A DNA stretch of 18,517 bases from Gemmatimonadota bacterium (GTDB taxonomy: Bacteria > Latescibacterota > UBA2968 > UBA8231): the NCBI GenBank assembly GCA_038153405.1, contig JAYOYH010000073.1, forward strand, positions 1 through 18,517. The letters run 5' to 3'. The notes under the pieces are model-generated. The model saw nothing but the letters and a program-made list of their open reading frames with translations, did no database searches and was not told the origin of the DNA. The translations under genes were made by a program, and so were the position numbers. Shown piece by piece: positions 1-7,122 of the stretch (position 1 is its first letter; every line of letters starts with the position of its first letter).

Positions 1-730
1 GCTGCTCCAGTCGATCGCTGCCCCTGTCACCCGCGTCGTATCCCATTTTGTTGCGCGCTTCCTGTAGTTTCTGCCGAGCTTCTTCTGGCGTTATTTCGCC
101 GGCTTCGACGGCTGCGCGCAGCTGCGCGCGCAGCTCCATATGCCGCTGCCGCTGCCGAATACCGTCGGCGATTTCTTCGATCGTGCTGTTGGGTTTGAGC
201 TCAAGCAAGGCCGCTTTGAGTCTGTCCGACCACTCGCTGGGATCCTGCGCCATGGCAGCGGCCCAGATGCGTCTTTCCCGTTGGCTCTGCCCGTCCTTCT
301 GCTGTTGGTCGCGCGCCCACTGGGCAAACTGCTCAATAGATGCGCCGGGGCGCAGCTCGAGTATGAGGGTCTGCAGTGACTCGGGCCACTGGTCCGGGTC
401 CATGCTCAGGGCCGCTTTCCAAATGATATCGGCGCGGGCCTGTTGCCGCTTTTCCTCGCCCTCTTCTGGGGTCAGGCGCCCTCTCTCAACGGCGGCATCA
501 ATGCGCGCGGAGACCGACGCTAGCGCGGCGTCAATGCGCGCAGAGACGGCATCCGCGTCGGCCGGAGCTTGGTCGCGGGTTTGTGCCGTTACCGCAGAGG
601 ACAAGGCGAAGAAGGCCAACCCGCTCAACAGAGCCAACGAAAGGATGCGCGATCGCACGGACGCGCCTGCGACTTGCGCGGGCCTAGCCGGGATGCGGTG
701 TCTGTGCTGTGGCAAAGGTATTTCGTTCAT
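1..730 (-). CDS. Secreted alpha-helical internal-repeat protein, partial (runs off the left edge, at least 243 aa)
   Basis: Hand translation from ATG 730 gives MNEIPLPQ...RSRILSLALLSGLAFFALSSAVTA|QTRDQ... with no stop before base 1. GGAGG RBS upstream, Sec-type signal peptide, two kinds of internal repeat. The + strand ORF 48..737 is its in-register antisense shadow. Confidence 0.85.
   Translation of the reverse strand, partial: MNEIPLPQHRHRIPARPAQVAGASVRSRILSLALLSGLAFFALSSAVTAQTRDQAPADADAVSARIDAALASVSARIDAAVERGRLTPEEGEEKRQQARADIIWKAALSMDPDQWPESLQTLILELRPGASIEQFAQWARDQQQKDGQSQRERRIWAAAMAQDPSEWSDRLKAALLELKPNSTIEEIADGIRQRQRHMELRAQLRAAVEAGEITPEEARQKLQEARNKMGYDAGDRGSDRLEQ
492..547. repeat. Intragenic direct repeat, 23-bp unit, 33-bp period
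   Basis: gcggcatcaatgcgcgcggagac (492-514) vs gcggcgtcaatgcgcgcagagac (525-547); encodes VSARIDAA twice on the - strand. Confidence 0.8.
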
Positions 731-828
731 GCGGTAAGGCCTCCTGCTTGGCGATTTGGTGAAAGGCGTATCGCATAGGAGAAGATGGGCAAAGATCGCG
801 CGAAGGTCCAGTTTTCTCTGCGGCTTTC

Positions 829-2055
829 TCAGGTGCGCCAGTAGGTCGACAGCGGATTGGGCTGGTAGTTGATGTCCAGGTGCGGCGTTTCTATGCGGGT
901 CTGTCCCTCGTGCAGGCTGTCAACGCCGGCAATGGTCAGCCCCGTTGTCAGCAGCGTGCGCTCGATGGGATAAGATGACTTGCCAGTCAGAAACATCTGC
1001 TCGACGTTGTTGACCTGCGGCGAAAAGAAGTTGGCTAGCGTCGCCGGGTTGGGCGGCATGGGCAGGTGCATGTAGGTCGACAGGGGATCCTCGCGCCCTT
1101 CTACGTCGGCGGCAAAGGCCCAACTGCCGCCAAAGAGGCCGTTCATGGCGACCATCGTGCAGACGAGCCCGTCGCGGTGTTTATACTGATAAGCCCACGG
1201 ATCCGTGACCAGTGATTTCATCTCGTCGATGGTGGGGAACGTATTGTTAAACCCGGGGCGGGCGGGCGTCAGCTGATGACCGCGACATAGGCAGGCGTCG
1301 AATAGGGCGCGCGACCAGCGCCCGTCGTGTAGGGCGTTCCAGAACTTCTCGCCGCGAAAGGCCTCGATCCACTCGACGCCCGACTCGCCCCCACGGCGGC
1401 GTTCGACCATGCCTTGAATCACTTCAAAGCCGTGAAAATCGCCGCCGTCGATCCATCCGCACCCGACGCACATGGCCTCCTTCACATCGGCCCCCAACGG
1501 CATTTCGACATCGGGCGTGCGCCAGGTGACGGGCAGCGAGGAGCCAGCCATAAAGGGAAAGTTGAGCTCGACGGAGGCGTCGTACATCTCCTTGGCCCAG
1601 TCCCAGCGCCACGACAAATGCTTGTCGTTAAAGACGGGCACGGCGCGGCCACTGGCGCGGAAAACGGCCAGCATCTGCTTGAAAAATTCGTAGCGAGGCC
1701 ATAGGGTCTGGCCCTTTTCGTTGTCTGGATAGTCGCCGTGTTCGGCGACGATGAGCACGCCGTCTACGTCGAGGGAATCGGAGCCGCGCATCAGCGCGTC
1801 GGCGATGGTCGGATAGCATTCCAGCCGTGGGAAGCGCGCGGCGCGCTCGCGACTCAGATCGTAGCGCGCGCCCTCTTCCGGCTCGGCAGGGGCTTGGTTG
1901 ACCTGGTCTACGTAGAGAGAGACTACGTCCATTTCCGGGCGGTGATGGCGTCCGTTCCAGCCGTAGCCTTCCAGAAATCGGTCGACGATGTGCTGGGCAT
2001 GGGCGTAGCGGTGGTAGATGGAGACGAGAGCGGCGATGCGCGGACGGTTGGTCAT
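829..2055 (-). CDS. Conserved hypothetical protein, distantly Gfo/Idh/MocA (Rossmann)-like, 408 aa
   Basis: Start moved to ATG 2055 (MTNRPRIAALVSIYH) because the upstream extension looks non-coding. Motifs VDGVLIVAEHGDYP, KGQTLWPR, PVFNDKHLSW and PFMAGSSLPVTWR match an uncharacterised family I recall from Planctomycetota-like genomes. Confidence 0.8.
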   Translation of the reverse strand: MTNRPRIAALVSIYHRYAHAQHIVDRFLEGYGWNGRHHRPEMDVVSLYVDQVNQAPAEPEEGARYDLSRERAARFPRLECYPTIADALMRGSDSLDVDGVLIVAEHGDYPDNEKGQTLWPRYEFFKQMLAVFRASGRAVPVFNDKHLSWRWDWAKEMYDASVELNFPFMAGSSLPVTWRTPDVEMPLGADVKEAMCVGCGWIDGGDFHGFEVIQGMVERRRGGESGVEWIEAFRGEKFWNALHDGRWSRALFDACLCRGHQLTPARPGFNNTFPTIDEMKSLVTDPWAYQYKHRDGLVCTMVAMNGLFGGSWAFAADVEGREDPLSTYMHLPMPPNPATLANFFSPQVNNVEQMFLTGKSSYPIERTLLTTGLTIAGVDSLHEGQTRIETPHLDINYQPNPLSTYWRT

Positions 2056-2436
2056 GGCGGTCTCTACTCGGTAGTTGGGTTGAGGGAAGAAAAAAGCGCC
2101 ATAGTCGCACGTGGAGCAAGTGCCGTGGCAGGAGTTATTTAGAAAAAAGGGCGTTCTCAAAAGGCGATGCACGCGCCAAGATGTTCTGCGGACTGCTCTA
2201 TACGCGCTCGTCAACGGGCTATGCTGCGTTGAAAGGTCGGCGGTTTTGCATCAATGTGGGAATAAAGTGTACGTGCCTACTGCTGACAAAACCCGGCAAC
2301 GGCTATATTTGCACTGGCGAAAATCGGCATGCGGTGTTTTTATGGATAGCATCAACTGCTTTCGCAGACAGCGCGCATTGGATCGGCTGGGATGCGCTGG
2401 TGCGGGACAAGGGCAAATCGAGGAGGAGTAGGCGAG

Positions 2437-2946
2437 TTGTTAGATTGGATACTTATAGTGGGATGCCTCGCCCTGATCATGATCCTAGCCCAGTTGTCGA
2501 TTGTTTTCCAGAAGCGTGCGGGCCAAATGCGCCTGCGCCAGCAGCCGCTGCGTAGCCGAATCCAAGCGCACCGCGAAAAGATACGCAACAGCGCCCAAAC
2601 CGTGCTGAAAGCGGCGGAAGTAGCGCTAGAAGAAATTGAGTTTTCCATACAGTCGCTGAGCGGATTTAACATCGCCATTGACGAAGCTGTCGTGCGCCTG
2701 AAGGCCGAAGTCCAGAGCCAACACCCAGAGGATGAAGAAGAGGATGAAGAGGAGGACGGCGCGAAGCGGGTGGTAGTCGACGTAAAAGTCGATTCGCGCA
2801 CAGCCCTGCGCGCCGTGCTGCAGCATAGGGAAGAGTTGGAAAGCCACATCGCCATGCTGCGCAGCGATGCGGAAAATATCAAGCGCAATATACAGCGTTT
2901 GCAGGGGCAAATGCTGCGCGGCGAAAGCAAGAGCGAAGGCGAATGA
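2437..2946 (+). CDS. Hypothetical membrane-anchored coiled-coil protein with acidic tract, about 169 aa
   Basis: AGGAGGAG at 2421-2428 then in-frame TTG 2437. N-terminal hydrophobic helix WILIVGCLALIMILAQLSIVF, heptad-like charged helices, PEDEEEDEEED linker. Stop overlaps the next start (ATGA). Confidence 0.75.
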   Translation: MLDWILIVGCLALIMILAQLSIVFQKRAGQMRLRQQPLRSRIQAHREKIRNSAQTVLKAAEVALEEIEFSIQSLSGFNIAIDEAVVRLKAEVQSQHPEDEEEDEEEDGAKRVVVDVKVDSRTALRAVLQHREELESHIAMLRSDAENIKRNIQRLQGQMLRGESKSEGE

Positions 2947-3266
2947 CGGGTTTATTGCTGACACTAGTCATCGTGCTGGTCGTTGCCTGTCTGGCGGTGC
3001 GCGACCAAACGATATTCAAGCTGAGCAAGATGCGCACGGACTTTTTGGGCCTGCGCACGGAAGTGCAGCGCATGGATGAGATGCGCGTCGAAGCGGAGCA
3101 AATTTCGCGCTGGGTTAGCGAGGCGCTCAGTCGAACGGCGTCACGTCAGCGCAAGGCCGAGCAGTACTGCCACGAATTAGAAGACATGCTGGCGGAGATG
3201 GGAATTGAAGTCGACGGTATCTCCGACCGGTCGGACGCGTCTCAAGATGCGCCGGTAGAGACTTGA
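2943..3266 (+). CDS. Hypothetical membrane-anchored coiled-coil protein, 107 aa
   Basis: ATGA overlap with the upstream gene; N-terminal TM LLLTLVIVLVVACLAV followed by amphipathic charged helices. Confidence 0.75.
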   Translation: MTGLLLTLVIVLVVACLAVRDQTIFKLSKMRTDFLGLRTEVQRMDEMRVEAEQISRWVSEALSRTASRQRKAEQYCHELEDMLAEMGIEVDGISDRSDASQDAPVET

Positions 3267-3352
3267 TACGCACGAAGGGTTTATCTCTCTCACGAGGTTG
3301 CTCCACAGACAACTCGCCTCCCGTTCGCAGCAAATGGCATTAAAGCGTCTGT

Positions 3353-4141
3353 TTATACCGTGCCCGTTGCCAGACTGTCTATGATGCGTGCCACTACGCG
3401 CTTTCGCTGGCCGCGGACGGCAGGTTGCTCTAGTTCGTAGAGCTCATCGGGTAGTTGATGGCGGTGCGACTCGATGGGCAGCGCTCCGTGTGACCCCTCG
3501 TCGATATAGCGATTGAATACGGTGTAACGCGGCGTATCTAGCGTCCAGCGGCGCGCGCCGTGCATCAGTGCTTCGGTGAAAATCACCGCGTCGCCGGCCC
3601 CGACCGGCACGTTGATAACCGTCGGTGGCCCATCGTAAATAGAGATGTGCGGCGGTTCGAAGTTGCGCTTGTGGCTGCCGGGTAGGCAGACAAAACCGGT
3701 GCCGGCCGGCACGTCGACCAGCGATACGCCGGCGTTTAAAAAACCGGCGCGCGGCGAACCGTCTACGATGCCGTAGTCCTTTCCCGCTGCGTGAAAGGCG
3801 ATGTCGTCGGACGTATTGTAGTTTTTCGTCAATGCACAATCGACCAGGCACGGCGTTTCCCGCGTCAGCGCGATGATGACCCGCATGATCTCTGCGTTGA
3901 GCGCGAGCCGCTGAAACGCGGGATCGCCGTACTGCACGTGGTTAATCCAGTGTGCGATAGTTGGCGAATGTTGCCCGGTGCGCGAAGTAGATGTAAGCGG
4001 CGGCGGAAGCTCTTCCAGTGCCATATCGTGCCAGATGTCGGCCAGCGCGATCATCCGCGCGATGTCCTCTGGCGGCACGACTCCGCGCAGGTGGATGAAT
4101 CCATGGTGATCGAAAAACCACTGTTCTTCTGGCGTGAGCAT
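3353..4141 (-). CDS. PhyH-family Fe(II)/2OG oxygenase with atypical H-x-A motif (candidate halogenase), 262 aa
   Basis: ATG 4141 with GGAGAG RBS. PhyH-type N-terminus LTPEEQWFFDHHGFIHLRGVV, CLPGSHK, GDAVIFTEALMHG and a downstream Arg. First iron motif reads FHAAG. Confidence 0.88.
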   Translation of the reverse strand: MLTPEEQWFFDHHGFIHLRGVVPPEDIARMIALADIWHDMALEELPPPLTSTSRTGQHSPTIAHWINHVQYGDPAFQRLALNAEIMRVIIALTRETPCLVDCALTKNYNTSDDIAFHAAGKDYGIVDGSPRAGFLNAGVSLVDVPAGTGFVCLPGSHKRNFEPPHISIYDGPPTVINVPVGAGDAVIFTEALMHGARRWTLDTPRYTVFNRYIDEGSHGALPIESHRHQLPDELYELEQPAVRGQRKRVVARIIDSLATGTV

Positions 4142-4221
4142 ACTCTCTCCTATTTTCTCAAAGATACAACGGGGTATCTCATATACCCGCATATGAGTAA
4201 AGGGTTGCCAGCCCTTGTAGC

Positions 4222-4251
4222 CGTTGCGCGTGAACGCTTTGACGCGCAACG
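4222..4251. promoter_or_regulatory. Perfect 10-bp inverted repeat overlapping the -35 box (operator or hairpin candidate)
   Basis: cgttgcgcgt (4222-4231) - 10 nt - acgcgcaacg (4242-4251). Confidence 0.45.
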
Positions 4252-4267
4252 CAAAAAAGAGTAACCT
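4239..4267 (+). promoter_or_regulatory. Sigma70-type promoter for the PhyH gene at 4304
   Basis: TTGACG (4239-4244), 17-nt spacer, TAACCT (4262-4267); GGAGGAG RBS follows. Confidence 0.55.
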
Positions 4268-4303
4268 AAGGCGGTTTTCTCACCTAACGGAGGAGCGCGT
4301 TCC

Positions 4304-5086
4304 ATGAGTGCAGCGACCAGCGCGTTGAAGGAGCAGTTCGATCGCGATGGCTACGCCATCTATGAAAATGTCATCGACGCAGACTTAGTGCGAGAGGCCA
4401 GCGACCACGTCGACTGGCTCCTACAGAAAAACCCAGGCCTGCGCCCCGAACAGCTGCATAACAACCTGATGACGGACGATCCGTTTTGGGTGCGGCTGAT
4501 CAGCGACGAGCGCCTGCTCGATATCGCCGAGCAATACGTGGGGCCCGATATCGCCCTCTTCGCGTCGCACTACATATCGAAGCCACCAGGCGACGGCCAG
4601 CCGGTGCTCTGGCATCAGGACGGCTCCTATTGGCCGCTAGAGCCTATGGAGGTCGTGACGCTGTGGCTGGCGGTGGACGACTCGCTGCCGGAAAACGGCT
4701 GCATGCGGGTGATTCCCGGCACGCAGAACATGCAGCTGCACGAAATGAAGCGGCACACGGAAGAGGCCAACGTGCTCTCTTCGCGCATCGATCCGGAGTT
4801 TGTAGAGGAAGACCACGCCGTCGACATCGTCGTGCCGGCCGGCGGCGTCTCCGTGCACCATCCCAACATCGTGCACGGCTCCAATGCCAACACGTCAGAC
4901 GGGCGGCGCTGCGGTCTGACGATTCGCTACATTCCGACGACGACGCGCATCACGCGCGACGGGCCGTGGCCGAGTGCCTTTCTCCTGCGGGGAAACGCAG
5001 TCGAGGGCGTCAATGAGTACCTGCCGCGCCCGCGTTACCAAGAGGGCAAGCACATGGCCTTTAGGGGATGCGAAAGCTGGTCATAA
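4304..5086 (+). CDS. PhyH-family Fe(II)/2OG dioxygenase, 260 aa
   Basis: FDRDGY, ISKPPG, WHQDGSYW (H-x-D), WLAVDD, ENGCMRVIPGT, HGSNANTSDGRRCG; GGAGGAG RBS. Confidence 0.95.
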   Translation: MSAATSALKEQFDRDGYAIYENVIDADLVREASDHVDWLLQKNPGLRPEQLHNNLMTDDPFWVRLISDERLLDIAEQYVGPDIALFASHYISKPPGDGQPVLWHQDGSYWPLEPMEVVTLWLAVDDSLPENGCMRVIPGTQNMQLHEMKRHTEEANVLSSRIDPEFVEEDHAVDIVVPAGGVSVHHPNIVHGSNANTSDGRRCGLTIRYIPTTTRITRDGPWPSAFLLRGNAVEGVNEYLPRPRYQEGKHMAFRGCESWS

Positions 5087-5141
5087 AGACTGGTCATACA
5101 AAGCGTTAAGCCAACATGCTCCCCGTGCTCCCCGCGCTACC

Positions 5142-6206
5142 TCAGTCCAGCGTTTGCCAGGTGCTCGTCTCTAGGCCGAGGTCACTTCCAGCGCGCTGAA
5201 TGCGCTCCCAGGTGGTGCCGTCGATGGGGATGCCCTCGCGGCCGCGCTCCTCGGCGGAGCGATACTCGGGATCGCCGGGTAGCATAATTTGGCCCAAGGC
5301 CGGGTCGATCCGGCTGCTGCGCACGTGTGCGATAAGTGATTCGATTTCGTCAAAATACGCGGTGCGCTCGACAAAGTGGTCGACGTTGTACGCCGTGATG
5401 CACAGGCCGTTGCTCTGCATGACGGTTTCCCCGGCGGCACAGCCTTGGCCGCTGAGTGCCCCGCCTAGAATTTCCACGATAAAACTCAGGCAATAGCCCT
5501 TGTAGGCGACGGGGCCACCCAGGGGCAAAATGGCACCGGGTGGGTCGCCTAAATAGGCCTGCGGATCGGTAGAGGGGTTGCCCTGTGCGTCGATAATGCA
5601 GCCGGCCGGCAGAGCCACGCCCCGGTTGGAGGCCACGCGTATTTTGCCCTCGGCACAGACGGAGGTCGTCATATCGACGAGAATGGGGTCGGCCGCTCGT
5701 CGCGGTGCGGCAAAGGCGATGGGATTGGTGCTGAGCTTGCCGTCGAGGCCGCCGTAGGGGGCGATCTGTCGTCCTAGGTGACCGGCGTTGCAGAACACGA
5801 GCCCCACGAGCCCGGCGTGGGCTATTTGCAGCGGATAGGCGCCGACGCGACCCACGTGGCTCGTATTGCGCAGTGCGACGGTAGCCACGCCGTGTACTCG
5901 CGCCTTGTCGATAGCCAATTGGGTGGCAAAGGCACCGCCGATCTGCCCTAGCGCGCCGCCGCCATCCACGACGGCAGCGCAGGGCCGGTCGCTCTCAATG
6001 CGCGGCTGTCCCTTGGGATCGAACAGGCCGTCGCGAATCTGGCCAATGTACTCGTAGATGCGAATCTGACCGTGCGAATCGTGCCCGTAGAGGGAGGAGT
6101 CGACTAGGTGGTCGACTACGGTGCGCGCATCGGCGGGCGAACAGCCCACCCGCTCAAAGAGCAGATAGCCGATACGGCGCAGTTCGTCGGCGTGTACTCG
6201 GGGCAT
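5142..6206 (-). CDS. LDH2/MDH2-family oxidoreductase (YbiC/HcxB, ComC, AllD, DpkA-like), 354 aa
   Basis: GHDSHG, HVGRVGAY, LSTNPIAFAAP, DMTTS, YKGYCLS, EILGGALSG, PGDPE motifs; AGGAG RBS. Confidence 0.93.
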   Translation of the reverse strand: MPRVHADELRRIGYLLFERVGCSPADARTVVDHLVDSSLYGHDSHGQIRIYEYIGQIRDGLFDPKGQPRIESDRPCAAVVDGGGALGQIGGAFATQLAIDKARVHGVATVALRNTSHVGRVGAYPLQIAHAGLVGLVFCNAGHLGRQIAPYGGLDGKLSTNPIAFAAPRRAADPILVDMTTSVCAEGKIRVASNRGVALPAGCIIDAQGNPSTDPQAYLGDPPGAILPLGGPVAYKGYCLSFIVEILGGALSGQGCAAGETVMQSNGLCITAYNVDHFVERTAYFDEIESLIAHVRSSRIDPALGQIMLPGDPEYRSAEERGREGIPIDGTTWERIQRAGSDLGLETSTWQTLD

Positions 6207-6243
6207 AGAGACTCCTATCTGGGGGAAAGAGATCCGGTTGGCA

Positions 6244-7044
6244 TCATGCAGCGGCTAGCGCGCGCTCCACTTCGCTGCTCCACGCCCCGTCTACCCGAAC
6301 GCCGTATTCGCGCTGCCCCCCCGTCGCATTGGGTCCGGAGATCAGCGGTTTCTCGCTGGCCATGCGCGCTTCCGGCACGTAGTCGCAGTGCAGAAAGTGG
6401 AAGGCCATGCCGGCGCGCTCGCCGTCGGTGCTGTTGGCCTTGGTGCAGTGGGCGGTGCCGTAGCAGAAAAAGGCGACGCCACCAGCGGCCAGTTCAACGG
6501 GCACGGCGCGCTCCTCGGGCACTGAGCAGTGGATGTGGTGATTGGAGTTGGGGTCGCGGCCGTGCTCATACTGCTCGCGGTGCGAGCCCGGCACGACGTG
6601 AATGGTGCCGTTGGCTACGGTGGCGTCGTGGATGGCGATCCACATGGCGGTGCCGCGCAGCGGGTCGGCCACCTTGAAGTAGGCGTTGTCCTGATGCCAG
6701 TCGGTGCCGGCTCCGTGGCGGCCGGGTTTGAGAAACATCTGGTCCAAGTGCAAGATAGCCGGTGCGCCGATGAGCTGAGTAATGGCCTGGCCGACGCGCG
6801 GCACAAAGGGCAGCGCGCGAATGAGGTCGCTTTTATCGTAGAGGGGAATCAGCTGCAGGTTCGCCTTGTTTTGCGAGGGGGTTTGACCGTCGCCGTCGGT
6901 GGCGACGTTGCGCACCAGCCCTTCGCGCTTGAAGCGCTCTACTTCGGCCTGGAGCGCCGCCACTTCGCGCGCGTCGAAAAAGTGCGGAACGGCCGCGTAG
7001 CCCTCCTGCTGGAATTGGGAGACGTGTTGCTCGCTTAGTGCCAT
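6244..7044 (-). CDS. PhyH-family Fe(II)/2OG dioxygenase, 266 aa
   Basis: FQQEGY, MFLKPG, WHQDNAYF (H-x-D), WIAIHDAT..NGTIHVVPGSH, distal HCT...R; GGAG RBS. Confidence 0.93.
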   Translation of the reverse strand: MALSEQHVSQFQQEGYAAVPHFFDAREVAALQAEVERFKREGLVRNVATDGDGQTPSQNKANLQLIPLYDKSDLIRALPFVPRVGQAITQLIGAPAILHLDQMFLKPGRHGAGTDWHQDNAYFKVADPLRGTAMWIAIHDATVANGTIHVVPGSHREQYEHGRDPNSNHHIHCSVPEERAVPVELAAGGVAFFCYGTAHCTKANSTDGERAGMAFHFLHCDYVPEARMASEKPLISGPNATGGQREYGVRVDGAWSSEVERALAAA

Positions 7045-7122
7045 GCGGTAGGTAGCTCCGAATGAGCGGGTGATAGGGTAATGCCGCGTCTGCTTGGGCG
7101 CGGCCGTCGGCAGCGCCTAACG

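Noticed and set aside
111..135. Overlapping perfect palindromes gctgcgcgcagc and agctgcgcgcgcagct
   Set aside because: Inside a CDS and explained by the GC-rich codons for ELRAQLRAA.
48..737. 229-aa + strand ORF
   Set aside because: Ser/Ala/Cys-rich antisense shadow of the - strand gene, which has the RBS, signal peptide and repeats.
2113..2128. Sigma54-like TGCCACGGCACTTGCT on the - strand
   Set aside because: The invariant -24 GG reads GC, so it is not supportable.
2056..2214. N-terminal extension of the 829..2214 ORF (likewise the extensions to 4249, 10821, 12501 and 13979)
   Set aside because: Downstream starts have better RBSs and/or match the family N-termini; the extensions look non-coding.
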